64,000 nt of DNA. Origin: Antedon mediterranea (taxonomy: Eukaryota; Animalia; Echinodermata). Positions 51,627 through 64,000 of this stretch are shown piece after piece. Position 1 is the first letter of the stretch, and each line of letters starts with the position of its first letter. A program made the translations under genes and the position numbers. The stretch spans positions 6,154,422 to 6,218,421 of the forward strand of contig NC_092678.1 in assembly GCF_964355755.1 (NCBI RefSeq), read 5' to 3'. The notes beneath the pieces were generated by a model that had not been told where the DNA came from, ran no database searches, and was given only the letters and a program-made list of their open reading frames with translations.

Positions 51627-51951
51627 AACACACGGCAGACAAAGAGTCCTATTACAGTAGTTAATCAATTTAACAATTAGGGTCTGTTCACACTAGTAGT
51701 CAAAATGTAACCAAGCTATACAGTTCTGTATCATCATTACATGTGTGGACAACTATTGCAGTTGTATTACGTATAAAGCTACTGCTATAACGTACATATT
51801 TAAATTGAGTGGGCATACCATATTTAGTAAACTGTTAATTGAATAGCAGTTTCACATAGTTGTTTACGGGGGTTTAGGTGTACATATGCTGTATACATAA
51901 ACAAGGTACTTAGAATATACTTGCTACCTAATTTTGTTTATCTTGTTTACA

Positions 51952-52285
51952 AGTAAACACATATTTTGAATCTACACAATTCTGTTTATTAAATGAAAAT
52001 AATAAGTTTATAAACAGTGAGTGATTCCGACTTTCTGAACTTTGAAATTAAACAGTTTATAAAAACACGTTTAGAGTAAATACGGCAATATGAAACAATA
52101 GGCGTAATATACGCCAGCCAGTAAACACATATTTTGGATCTATACAATTTGTTTCTTAAATGAAAATAATAAGTTTATAAACAGCGATTCATTCCGACTT
52201 TCTGAACTTTGAATTTAAACAGTTTATAAAAACACGTTTACAGTAAATACGGCAATATGAAACAATAGGCGTAATATACGCCAGT
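51952..52285. repeat. Tandem duplication 2 x ~168 bp
   Basis: agtaaacacatatttt...ggcgtaatatacgccag occurs twice. Confidence 0.9.
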
Positions 52286-54570
52286 TGTACGCCGCCAGTC
52301 TTACCTAGTACGTGTGAACAAGTTACTACATATTTATACTATATATACATACTTAATACAGTAAAACAAAATATAACTTTTCTAAGGCCTACCTTGTTAT
52401 GCGTTTCTGTTATTCCAAACTGAACAAGAATACCGTACAGCAGCGCCCAGGTGTAAATCACAGGTGTAAGGATTTTGTATTCAAAATACTTTACTTGTTT
52501 ACAGTAACTGATATTCTGCTATGATTTTGTTATTATTTATGCGATTTCCTACCAAAGTAGGCTAGTAGCCTGATATTTTTCATCGAAATATTTTAAATAA
52601 ACAATTAACGTAATAATACATTTAGACGAGACAAACTTAGCTATGTTTTATATAGTCATTTTATTGTATTGCTTTTTGTTAGCCTTTCTGGATAACTTGA
52701 TAATACTGAGTATTCTATGATTTAAGTTTACTGTGTATACGACACGATATATTTGTTATAACTTAACTTCTAATAATTGTACACTTTTTCTTGGTTGAGG
52801 CATGAAATAATTTATTAGGTCTATGGTTGGTCTATATGGGTCCATAGGCCTATAAATAGTATTTTAACATTGTCTTTTGCAATATGATGTATTTTTCTTG
52901 TTGTTGTATTGTCTTAGAAAAACGAATTTACATTTTAAAGTGGACCAATAAAATGTCTTTAATCTATAGGTAGGCCTATTGTCCGCGTAAGACATGCGCA
53001 GTTCGATATTAGGGTCATTTTATAAATGTAACATGCATCTATTAAATGGAAATATATAAAATATGCATATGTCTATATAAATTAAAAATGGATAAATATA
53101 ACTTAAGGATACATGAATATAATAATGTATATTTAAACATTGTTATTATTATTTTTAATTTATGAGACATTTCGTCTTTTATTGATCAAAGATAATTCCA
53201 GAGGGCAGTAAATACTAATTTCGAAAAAATAAAATCGCTTAAAATAATATGTTCTTGATAAACCAATTATCAAAGCAGGCCTACTATACTATTCATAGGC
53301 AAGAAATAATTATTTAAAAAAATCATTTTTATATCTGAATAAAAAATATACCGTAAAGCATGGAGTAATTATATGTCAAACACTAGTTAAAACTATAGTT
53401 AATTGCACGAAAAATAATAGGCCTACACATAATACTAAAATGGCTGTATTGCCCCTACTACTGCATGTCATTGGATAAAACATAATCTGGTTTGGTTATT
53501 GCATTGTTTCTGCATATTGTATCTCTCAATTATTACTATTATAATTATATTATTTATAATTATAAAAATACATTATATTACATATTATTTCATGATTAAT
53601 TTATTAAATATCAAAATATAGATAATTTTTACAATCTTCAATAAAAAGTTAATGTTGGAGGTCTATTATACAGTACGCGATTTTACCTTATTTAATCAAA
53701 ATATTTCTTCACAAACTTCTTCGAAAACTTCATGTTTTATATAAATATTGTACTGTGTCTTACAATAACTTTATAAAAACTATAATATCATGTAACTTTA
53801 AAACAGAAATTCTCAAAAAATTGACTAAAAACGAGATTTTACCGAATATTTGGTAAGCCAAAATATTAATGTGTGTAGTTTTGGAAAGTGGCATTGGTAA
53901 CATACAATTCATAAGGAATCATGTTAGTGTGTTGCTGCTGTAATGAATAAATAGTATTGCAGTTTTACTATAGTCAAATTGTTTTGACATGATCTTTAGA
54001 AATTATGGGTCAACTTGTTAATTGTTTACTGTATCATGCTTTTGTGTATTTGTTGTTATTTCTTTCCACTTGGTCGAGTGCCACTGTTGTAAAAAACCTT
54101 GATTCCCACTTGAGCGACTCAATGATGTTAGCGCAATGCAAGTGATTTGAACAATCAAAAGCGACATTTTGGATTGTCCATCGCATGTAAAGTGTACAAT
54201 AATGTAATCATGCAATGATTACATATTGCAGCCACATCCATATTTGACCTTTGAACTGTGAAAGGACATATTTATACACACAATAAACCAACTCCTTTCT
54301 GTTCCAGGCCTTTTTGGTATAAACATCTCACATAATCAGTATCAGTGCAGGGTCCAGGATTGTAATTAGCTGTTGCTATCTTCTGGTCTTCTTGTCACTG
54401 TCATTTTTTAAAATTGTCATTGTCATTTTTGTACAATAAAATTTGTCACCATTTTTTGTACAAAAAAATTTGTCACCATTTTTTGTACAATAAAATTGTC
54501 CCTGTCATTGTAATTGTCACTTTTGTACAATAAATGTCATTGTCATTTGTACTTGAATAAAGTTACTATT

Positions 54571-54740
54571 TCAAGATTTATCAGTTTTGTTACTATACAC
54601 AAGTTTCGTCGCCTGGCGTATTATCGCCCAGTTGCGCTGACCACTAGCTATCAACTTCCTACGTTGTTCCGTAGCGGTTGTTAGACTCCTCACATGATTT
54701 TTAAATTCCGAATCCCACACAAGTGCAAAGCTCAAACCAT
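54571..54740 (-). CDS. LRRK2: LRRK2-like last coding exon with C-terminal helix
   Basis: DGLSFALVWDSEFKNHVRSLTTATEQRRKLIASGQRNWAIIRQATKLVYSNKTDKS*. Confidence 0.82.
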
Positions 54741-57700
54741 CTTAAAATAAATTCAAAATACATTTACTTTTGTTTGGAGTAGTTTATATATAGAGAATCT
54801 TATTTTAAAGGCTTTAGGCGTTTTTAGCCTTTTTCGACATATTTCAATGCCTGTTTTTTCTTCTGTGCACTGCCCCATAAGCTCCAGGCCACTAAGTTTA
54901 GCCAGTGAGTGCTCATAGCTTTTATGCCACTGGACACTGTAAGAAACTTCTAGGTAAAGTAGTCTCAAATTCTGCCTCTTTTGTCATGTATTATCCGATT
55001 TTCAGCCCCTGTTTTCCCCAACCCTTGTTTTTGATATTTCGTACTATGTGCCGTACTACTTTTACATTACTGAATGTAAAAGTAATAAATAAATATATTG
55101 TGAAAATATAACTCTTCATCTTTCATCTCATGAATTATTTGTACCATTGAATTCATAAACATTCATTATTTGCATACTATTCAATGGTTATATTGCACAT
55201 TCAGCTTTTTATAAACATTTTGAGAATTTCATGGCGACTGCTGAAATGTTCCAAAAACAAACTCTATATAACTCTTCTACTTGATGGACAAAATCTGAGC
55301 GCTGCCATTTAAAAGTTTATTGACTCGCCTTTGACAATGATTCCAGATGGAATCAGAGGATTAATTGAATACGCTGTCCTTATTTGATGAAGTGAATCGA
55401 CCAATCAATCTTTCAACTCATGAAATATTCTCTCACATTCAAAACATAAACATTCATAATTTATAGGATTTTTTTTATCCTACAGGCGTCTTGCTTGGTT
55501 TAGTTGGCCTATACCTGTCCATAGTTTTTATGCAGTTTAAAATGTCATCCAATCAAATGACAGGAATTTATTTAGGTGTTATATAAAATGATCTAACTTG
55601 ATTACTATGAATATAAATGTAGAGTATGACTTACCATTGTGAATGTTGCTGAACGGCGATTTGTAACCCATGGCAGCAGATATCACACGATCTGATTTCC
55701 CATAACCTAAAAATAGTAAAACAATTGATAGAATATTCTAAAACCTCAGAAACACACACAGATATTTGAACCATACTGTGAAGGCTCAAGCGGGCTAATG
55801 GTAGGATGTCTACACAATAAGCAGAAGATTCTGGGTTCGAATCTTCGAATAGGTATACCTTGATCTTCTGTGAGTATCAAGGCCGTAACCGGACCAATAT
55901 GTCTCTTGACCACTTGAATTAACTTCAATGAGACCGTATCAAAAAGACACATGTGTCCGCCACTCGTTCCGACCCACGCCACTTGTGAACAAATCACCAT
56001 CGACTTTACTATTACATATTTCTTCTCAGTCGTTCTGAAATGAGTAATTATTGGTATGTTAAAGTACAAAACAGTAAAACTCCTATTAAGCTTGGTTCCT
56101 ACTTGGATGTAGGTGCAAAGCAAGTGAGTTGACCAATCACAAGCGACAGTTGGGCTGATCTATCGCGTTGCGATTAGTCAATTATTACTTGCAGTGCACT
56201 TACGTCCTTGGGAACCAAGCTTTTAGGCAACAACTTCAGTACCCATCAAATTGTACCCTTAATAGGCGTTGGCTGTAGTTTCCCACTTTATTTGATAAGA
56301 TGGTGTCCCCGTAATAGAGGATTATGTTTCTCTTGAATAGGGTTAAGTTGTAAACAATTGCCCTTCATTCACTTCTTGAAAATATGAACCTTATTTTGTT
56401 TCACCTGAATAGGGGTACTATAGTGACATGTTGGCTCTTATGTGTTTGCCTGTTATACACATTTTTTCTATGCATCCATATACATTTGATATAAAAATGA
56501 CTGCAATTGTTTTAGGTTGGAGGATTGGTGGGCGACCCTGGGGTAGGGTAATTACACCTGTAATTAAAAATTCTTTCTTAGTAGAAACAGGTCAAAAAGC
56601 AATCTTAATAGTTATGAGATAAGTTTACACTAAGGGGTGTGGAAATATTCAAGCATGGAATGAAATCTAATATATTGTATGTAATTGAATGCAATACATA
56701 CAATAGCAACTCCAGGTTTATTATTTGTTTTGAGCCAGAGAAACCATCTTGAGGTGTCGATGAACGTCGTTTGATGTCATGAACCTCGATGATGGCGCTT
56801 TGGCGTCGCGCAAGCCACAGCTTTTGTTCGATACACATACAGGTTATGAGAGACAAATGGTCTGACCTGGAGAAAAAAAAGTTAAAAACTAATCACATGT
56901 CTCAGGACATTAATTCAGTGTTTAAAACAGGAACATTCTAACAATAGACAGTACAACAGGGGTGTGAAATTCTTACAGAGCTTTTGTTTTAGAAGGTAGA
57001 CGAAGGAGATGGTAATTAATATAAAATAATTACTTCCTTTAGATTCTTTTAGGCTTTGATTTGGTGTCTTTTAGTTCTTCATTCTGAACTTTGCTATTGT
57101 AAGGCCAGCCTAGCTAATGCAGAACCTACTCAAACACGCACATCAAACTTGCATGTGCATGGTCTATGTGCCTACAGTATGTCTAGGAGGCTGGCGGTTG
57201 TCGGTTGTATCTCTAAATCAAAATGCATTTAAAACAGGATGGAATTAGAAAATTCTACGAGATCTACAAATATTACGGTCTGTTAAATTATTCCTTGTCT
57301 CCTTCGTCTACCATCATAAAAAAAAAATAGTATCGCACAAACAAGTTTCAAATTTCTGGAAAACTCACTTTAATTCTGTGTTCGGCAAGTCATCATATGC
57401 TTCATCTTCCAAAGGTTGAAGTTCATATGACACAGGTTGACCTCCACACCCTAGCCACAATTTACTGGACGTCATGGTCATGCATTTGATTGGCTCACAA
57501 CCAACCTTAATGCTTTTAACCGGTTGACACTCAGGGGTCTGAAAAACACACACAAATTGTTTAGACAATACCATTTATGATTATTGTTTAAACTTTAAAA
57601 TAAAATTAAATGAAAAAAAAAAAGAATGAATGTTGACATTTCGGAACCATTATGAAATAAAATTATTCCTTAACAATGTGCAAACAAATATTGTGTTATG

Positions 57701-60700
57701 TTGACTATGCTAAATGACACATACAGCAGAACCTCTATAAAGGGACACCTTTAGGACCAAACAAAGTGTCACTTGTATACAGGTAAATATATGTTTTCTG
57801 TATAGTGATTTTCACACTGCTGCTCTAGCCCGCTACGTCACACGAGATGACTCATTCATTAGATGAAATCAAGCAGCAGTATAGTACTACACTTTGACAT
57901 TTTTGTTAAAATGGAAACTCAACTATAATTTATAGGTACCACCTGTTGAATCCAAAAAACGGCTGGGAAAAGAGTCTAAAGACAAATCCCAAAGCATTTC
58001 TGGTATTTATGAGTCCCATGATATTACTATAATTCACTGTCAGATAATCATTGAATTATTATCAAAACAGTCCATTGAAGTTTTTGTTTGTAATAGGATA
58101 CTTGAAGTATCTAGGCGTGATGAAGTGACCCCCAGACTTGACCTTAGTAATAACAATAAGCGAGCAGCGTTTTTTGTAAGAAATATTCTTGTTATATTTG
58201 TGTTTATGTTCAATTATTATGTATGAATTTCCTATTTTTGGACCAATAAAATTATGTATTCTGTATTCTCTATGACGTTAACTTATAAGGTTACAATAAT
58301 AGTGAGGGGGGAGGGGGTCACAATAAAGGGGTCTACTGTATTCATTTTTCATGTTTGCATTTATCACAGAGCAACGTTGCGAAACCAATGTTTAACAATA
58401 ATTACCTTTAAAAGTTTCTCTGCATTGAATATTAGAAATTGCCCATTAGCCAATCCAGCATAAACATGTCCAATATCACCATGGCTGGAAAAGTACATTT
58501 TTTAGATGTAAATAATTTCTATTATTATTATCTAAATATTCAAATATAATTTGTACAAAAACAGTGGTATTTATTTCTCAAAAACAACAACAACAATTTC
58601 TAATGTGTCGGAATTATACAAAAGTGAAATGGGTGCAAGCCCCCACTATCATATTGTTTTGTACATGATAGCTTAAAGTATTTTGTCAAACACAGTCTGT
58701 TGCTATTGGCTGGTTCGGAAGAAATCGCTGTGTTATATATTTTTAATTACGTTCTTTTATACATCATTTATCTCATGCATATTATTTATGTTTCTTCGGC
58801 TCTTTGACCAGACTGTGGTTTTGTGTATTTTTGCATGAATGCCTTAGGCAAGCTTGTAATAAAAGAGTATGCATCCCCTCCAAATCGTTTGTAATGTAAA
58901 CTTTTCCAAGCCCCTACCTTGGTTTCCATACAAGGCTTAATACAGAGTCTGTTAGGCAGGCACTGGTATGTTTCATTTGTGGTACCTCCTGCTTAGCATC
59001 ATACACACAGATATAATGGGCATGCATGCCCACCAATACTGCATCCTCTCCTGCACTCGCCATGCACAAGGCCCGGCCTAGGCTCGCACTACAGGCTGTT
59101 CCCTATTTCAGATAGAAAGCAATGGTACAATTTAACATGATTGTTATTAGTATATTACAAATTTATTTAAAAGAGAGCCACATATAAATGTATATTACAT
59201 AGCCTATGTAAATACGCGAACGTGATTGGTTGAAACTGCATCACATGACTACCGCTGCGAGGATCGTAAATCGTATATATCCTCGAGAACGATGATATTG
59301 ACTGTGTAATTTTCGCGTAATAATCGTGTCCCCTGTCATTAATCATATAAATTCTCGAGTACGATGATATTGACTGTGTAATTTTCGTGTGCAACACTCG
59401 AGTTTGCCGATAAATAAACAAAAGTCATCTACTCGATCTTGAACTCGGGTGGAATTGTCACTCCATCGCAAGACAACGTTTCATCCGCTGGGCCACGGAA
59501 TTTGCTTGAAGAAATTAATTTTCTAAACTATTTAAGCTATGCACACATAGCGCCCTCATTTGTTATAAGTCCACCCTAAATGTGATGAAACACCGTTTGT
59601 GATTGGTCAATACTCACGGTAGTAACCTAGTAACTAGTACGCGCTGAACATCCGGTGATTCGGCTCCTCGAAGATCGAGAGAAGACGAATTGTTTATTCG
59701 GCCTACCTGATTATAATATTATTATTAATAGGCTTATTGATGGAAATTCTTCTGTTAATTTAAACGACCTAGGCCTAAGTGAATATTTTATTGCCAAGGA
59801 ATCATTAATTAGTAATTATCTGTATATTATTCTTCGCAAGGTAAGGTGTCTAGGCAGGCTTGTTAATACAATACAAATACTATAGGAGGCCTAGCCTAGC
59901 TTCACCCAACCCAGCAGACTTGTTCTTGGCTATATAATATAACAGATATTGCCTTTTATATCGGTTAAATATAAGATTTGACATCCCCTCGGGAATGATA
60001 TTAAGTTCTCGGGGAATATATATTTCCCTCAGCTGGCGCTTCGGGAAATATATATTCCCTCGAACTTAATATCATTCCCTCGGGGATGTCAAATCTTATA
60101 TTTAACCTCTAAGCAGTCAATATCTGTATAATATAACATGGTAGAACAATTGAGGGGACCTTCGGAACCCATACCAAAAATTTCCCTAGAGGTGTCTTCT
60201 TTATAGGATGTCCTCTGTATAGTTGTTGGTCATTGCATGGTCATTTTTTTCATGGGAAAGTATTGTATCCCCTTAATAGGTGTCCCCTGTTAAGCTCTGT
60301 CTGTACTATCAAACTTTATGTGACAACAAAAATGTGATGTGAATATCACTACCATATTTAAGCATACAGTATCACTACCATATTTTGGCACTTTTTTTTG
60401 TCAAACTAGTTTGATAGTGTAGACAGAGCTTAAAAGGCCCAAATGTGTTTTACTTTATTTAATTATATACAAACAAAATAATAAATAAAGATGACATAAT
60501 GTTAAAACTTTACTAAATATTTTGCACCTGTTGATTATAAAAACTCTCTAATAAAATTAATTCAATTTAAGTTAAAACAAATCATTTAATTTCAGTTTTA
60601 ATCAAATCATTTAAATTGATCTAACAACTATTTTGCTTATATTAATGTAATAACTAATACGCTACTTATAGAATCTATTTTTACATCCAAACATGAATGC

Positions 60701-63700
60701 CAAACCATTGACCTGGATTAGTCTAGCCTCGGTACTCTAATGTGTATTTTATTTCACTTCTAAATTTTAAGAAAACTTTTAAACATTATCCTAACTAAAC
60801 TTTTGATAATTATTGATTGATCATTATCTTGTACTGAATAGTATTTAAAACAATGTTATTTATATGCTTTTAATATTAAACTTTTGTGTATATATCAAAA
60901 TTGTTTATTTTTATATTATTTTAATTGCTAAAGCAATGTATTACTTACAAATTAAATTTCTTTATATATTTTAAATTTTATATTATGTATAATTGTTTTT
61001 ATTAGTAAATGTATTTTTGTACGCTATATAGTTTTGCTGGATGGGGCACCCTCATGAAACATGGTTCAATAAATAATAAAAATAAATAATTAATTTTGTT
61101 TGAATTTTAAATGAAATTTGATAAAAAATAAAATTATTTTGTATGGAAATAAAGTATTTGAGGTTATTTGGATTTATGTCGACACTTTTTTAGTTTTGTT
61201 TTATTGATATACCTTTAAAATCTAGAATCTTTAAAAAATGTAAAAACTACAAACTTATAGATAATTAATAAATTAATGATATGGCAAAATTGTTTCTAAA
61301 TATGTATTATTTACAAATTGTCTGTAAAGAAGATTTCCTCATTTTTTTCCAAAGAAGAAACATTCACAATTATAATCATAATTTGTATAAATGTCATTGT
61401 CGAATGCTATTATTATCTAAGCCCTTTATAAGCACTTCCTTTAGACTTGTGAATATAATTGTTATTTTAATGCACTTTTATTCTTTATTTCCTCTTCTAA
61501 TTTACAAAAATCATTTTACACACTTGAAAGTAACAATCACCTGTTATTTAAATACCTACAATTATATCCACCTGTTGTTAATTTAAAAAAAAAACAGATA
61601 TTCATGGAGAAAAAAAAAATTTTCTCTGGTTTTTGTATGCATGTACAATTGTTTGTTTTATAACCGAAAGAAACTTAATGGAAAATCATCTTTATTTCTT
61701 GCAGGTCATCCATTATCAATCTTTCTGCATTCAGTTAAAATAGTTTTAAAAAGCGCTTAAGTGAAAAACTAAGACTTTATCTATCAAACCAGTTCTTTTG
61801 TGGAATGCACCTTATCATCTACAAGTTTTTGTTTTTTTTTCAAATATAGAAATATTTGCTTAAGCTATTTTGAAAACTGACTTAAGATAAAATAAATAAA
61901 ATAGAAAAAATAACTAACAATAGTTAAATTGTAATATCTTGTTGCTTTATTTGAATATATATATATAGAATTTGTGTATTTTAAACTTCATTATTATTAT
62001 TATTATTATATACTATACTTAGGTTAGGTATTACTATTTATATTTTTTCAAAATTAAATAAAATTTACAAATTTTAATAAAAAAATAATTTGAAAGATAC
62101 CTGTACGATGATTTCATCTCCCTGGTCTAGGTTTACTTTACATATGACGCTCATATTAGAATCTCCACCCACAAACCACACTTCTACTACCTCCTCTTGA
62201 TTAATGCTACACACCTGTATTTATGCAAATTAAGTTGTATACCATTAGTATATATGATTTGCTCAGGCAAATATTAAAAATTCTCTCTTCACTGTTGATG
62301 CTACAAATTGTGAGTAATTTATGCTAATTAAATTGTATAACAATAGCATATATGATTTGCTCATACAAATATTATAACATCTCTTTTCATTGTTGATGCT
62401 ACACACCTGTATTAAATAATTTATGCAAATTGTATAACATTAGCATACAGTATATTATTATATGTTGTTCAGAATACTGATTCATGCCAATACTATAATG
62501 TAAAATATTTTCTCTTTCAGTACCTGTTTATTGCTACTCAAATTAAATTGTGTAAATTATACAAAATTAATATGTTACCAAACATTTTTTCTGTACAACA
62601 AATAGAGAAAACTTGTCAAAGACTTACCCGGCTAATTCCACATTCAACCGTTTTGTCTTTAAATAATGTGAATGTGTTCTGCAGACACAGCAACTCTGGT
62701 GTATTTAACCATCTATGTGTTTCTTTTGACTGAAACCAAAGGAAATATATAAAATAAAAACATTAATTAACTATCGTGTCAGTTAAGACAGAGGCAATGA
62801 AAGCCACAGCCATAATATCAGCATAGGTTGAAGTCTCTCATTGACCATAGTTTTGGCGCAAGTTTTCTTGAATAAGGACGTCGATCTTATATAGCGCTTT
62901 TAAAATGCTAAATATTCAAGCACTTTACATTATTACATTACAATATTTCATAATGTTGCAGTTTGTGACGTTACAAGGTACCTATTTGTATGCGTGTGGA
63001 GTAAAGTGTCTTTGTCTAAGGACACAAGCAATGTGATGATCAATGGACTCGAACTCCCGTTTTTGCAATCAGAAGTGAAACGCCCAACACACTGTGCCAC
63101 ACGCTCTTGCAAGACATAAAACTTGAGGTCCAGTATACACATTTTGACGCTCTTTTGTACCTACCGTTGGTCTATTCTCTGGTACACGTTCAAGACATAG
63201 ATCAATGAGGTCTTGAAGCTCAGGCCAAGGGTCAACACCACTCTCGGTCAATGGCGGAAGTTTACGTCCCTAAAAAAGAGAAAGACAATTATTTTATGAA
63301 GTTGTTAAATTGTATATGCAATTTAACAACACTGAATATCGTTTGAAAATTATTATAACCTTAACAACGGCATCATCCAGTTCATTACGGAAATCAAGAT
63401 CTTCAAAAGGCTTCTTTCCGCAGGTAACAATCTCGTACAAAAGAATACCGAACGAATATACATCCACCTGGAATGTAAATCAATACAATTCATTTATTTG
63501 TCGTCCAAAAACGTTTATTTTTAATTAGATGAGGATTGTAACCATCCTTTTTACAATGCCTCGGAAAATGTGTCACAGGTCCTAACTTTGAACATGAAAT
63601 ATTGAGAGACGCTATAACTTCAAACACACATAGGGGGTGTTATTTTTTTAAACAGCATCTACAGAATTCCTGCTAAATCCAGATAGACAGCTATTACAAT

Positions 63701-63930
63701 CTTAAGAAAAGTGTTTCATGGAAGTCCCCAGATCTTTAAGTTTCGTTAATGCAAATAATAAAGGTTAAACAATTTAATCAACAAAATATTTGACCTCTGA
63801 CCTCAGTGTTGTATGTAGCAGTGCCTTTAATGACCTCTGGTGCTCTGTAGCCTGGCGTTCCTTCATTAGATTTCAAGCCATAATATGTGATAAACTTGGA
63901 AATACCATAATCTGCAATCTTTGCATTTAT
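54571..63930 (-). CDS. LRRK2: LRRK2-like ROCO kinase, 3' part (12 coding exons: kinase C-lobe, WD40, C-terminal helix); 5' part lies right of the window
   Basis: Exons 63802-63930, 63360-63467, 63165-63269, 62628-62729, 62101-62214, 58918-59102, 58406-58484, 57369-57538, 56702-56866, 55859-56034, 55635-55706, 54571-54740; all GT-AG and phase-compatible. Motifs AKIADYGIS, EGTPGYRAPEV, DVYSFGILLYEI, PWPE, LTDSVLSL, WVGTSGGH, ALVWD..HVRSL..RRKL match LRRK2. Confidence 0.88.
55635..55706 (-). CDS. LRRK2: LRRK2-like penultimate coding exon
   Basis: YGKSDRVISAAMGYKSPFSNIHN, phase 1-1. Confidence 0.8.
55859..56034 (-). CDS. LRRK2: LRRK2-like exon: WD40
   Basis: TTEKKYVIVKSMVICSQVAWVGTSGGHMCLFDTVSLKLIQVVKRHIGPVTAL. 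Confidence 0.88.
56702..56866 (-). CDS. LRRK2: LRRK2-like exon: WD40
   Basis: SDHLSLITCMCIEQKLWLARRQSAIIEVHD..; donor GTATGT inferred from phase. Confidence 0.78.
57369..57538 (-). CDS. LRRK2: LRRK2-like exon: WD40
   Basis: TPECQPVKSIKVGCEPIKCMTMTSSKLWLGCGG.. Confidence 0.85.
58406..58484 (-). CDS. LRRK2: LRRK2-like exon: WD40
   Basis: HGDIGHVYAGLANGQFLIFNAEKLLK. Confidence 0.82.
58918..59102 (-). CDS. LRRK2: LRRK2-like exon: WD40
   Basis: GTACSASLGRALCMASAGEDAVLVGMHAHYICVYDAKQEVPQMKHTSACLTDSVLSLVWKP. Confidence 0.82.
59942..60127. repeat. ~190-bp near-perfect palindrome, probably the end of a ~1-kb non-autonomous DNA element (~59190-60130)
   Basis: Arms 59942-60031 and 60038-60127 (ggttaaatataagatttgacatcccc..gggaatgatattaagttc / gaacttaatatcattccc..ggggatgtcaaatcttatatttaacc). 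Confidence 0.9.
62101..62214 (-). CDS. LRRK2: LRRK2-like exon: WD40
   Basis: VCSINQEEVVEVWFVGGDSNMSVICKVNLDQGDEIIVQ; acceptor has a weak pyrimidine tract. Confidence 0.75.
62628..62729 (-). CDS. LRRK2: LRRK2-like exon: kinase-WD40 linker
   Basis: SKETHRWLNTPELLCLQNTFTLFKDKTVECGISR. Confidence 0.85.
62885..63105 (-). mobile_element. tRNA-derived SINE in an LRRK2-like intron
   Basis: Minus strand gtggcacagtg..gagttcgagtcc (A/B boxes), tgtgtccttagacaaagacacttt central motif, aagcgctatataa 3' end. Confidence 0.65.
63165..63269 (-). CDS. LRRK2: LRRK2-like exon: kinase subdomains X-XI
   Basis: GRKLPPLTESGVDPWPELQDLIDLCLERVPENRPT. Confidence 0.9.
63360..63467 (-). CDS. LRRK2: LRRK2-like exon: kinase subdomain IX
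   Basis: VDVYSFGILLYEIVTCGKKPFEDLDFRNELDDAVVK. Confidence 0.9.
63802..63930 (-). CDS. LRRK2: LRRK2-like exon: activation segment (DYG..APE)
   Basis: INAKIADYGISKFITYYGLKSNEGTPGYRAPEVIKGTATYNTE, 43 codons. Confidence 0.9.
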
Positions 63931-64000
63931 CTTTGTAATAAAACACACAAATATTTTATAAATATTTAATTTCATATACAGTACATATATTTCATACAAT

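Noticed and set aside
54150-54256. Alternative last exon for the LRRK2-like gene (good acceptor near 54257, VQRSNMDV..)
   Set aside because: Exon 54571-54740 provides the LRRK2-type VWD plus helix ending; this peptide shows no similarity
55775-55845. tRNA-like sequence in an LRRK2-like intron
   Set aside because: Only degenerate A/B boxes and no full cloverleaf; most likely a SINE head remnant

Overview
AT-rich, intron-containing animal (invertebrate-type) genomic DNA, not prokaryotic. All recognisable genes are on the minus strand. (1) First coding exon of a NUAK-family kinase at 7782-7970; the rest of the gene lies left of the window. (2) A compact tandem array of seven paralogous genes with intronless CDSs (18092-35231), encoding type-I membrane proteins: signal peptide, three Ig-like domains, stalk, TM helix, short tail. 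Four are intact; three carry a frameshift or nonsense lesion. They show a hypervariable aromatic-rich N-terminal tip, mosaic sequence sharing, an invariant intramembrane Arg, variable stalk length and a vestigial longer tail. This candidate diversified immune or self/non-self receptor family is the main finding. (3) A five-exon non-RD (HND) kinase gene with two nonsense codons (40247-42903). (4) The last 12 coding exons (kinase C-lobe, WD40, C-terminal helix) of an LRRK2-like ROCO kinase (54571-63930). The remainder holds SINEs (5S- and tRNA-derived), Helentron/Helitron-type non-autonomous elements, several MITE families, a ~190-bp palindrome and minisatellites. All gene models were read by eye from GT-AG boundaries and frame continuity; no database searches were run.
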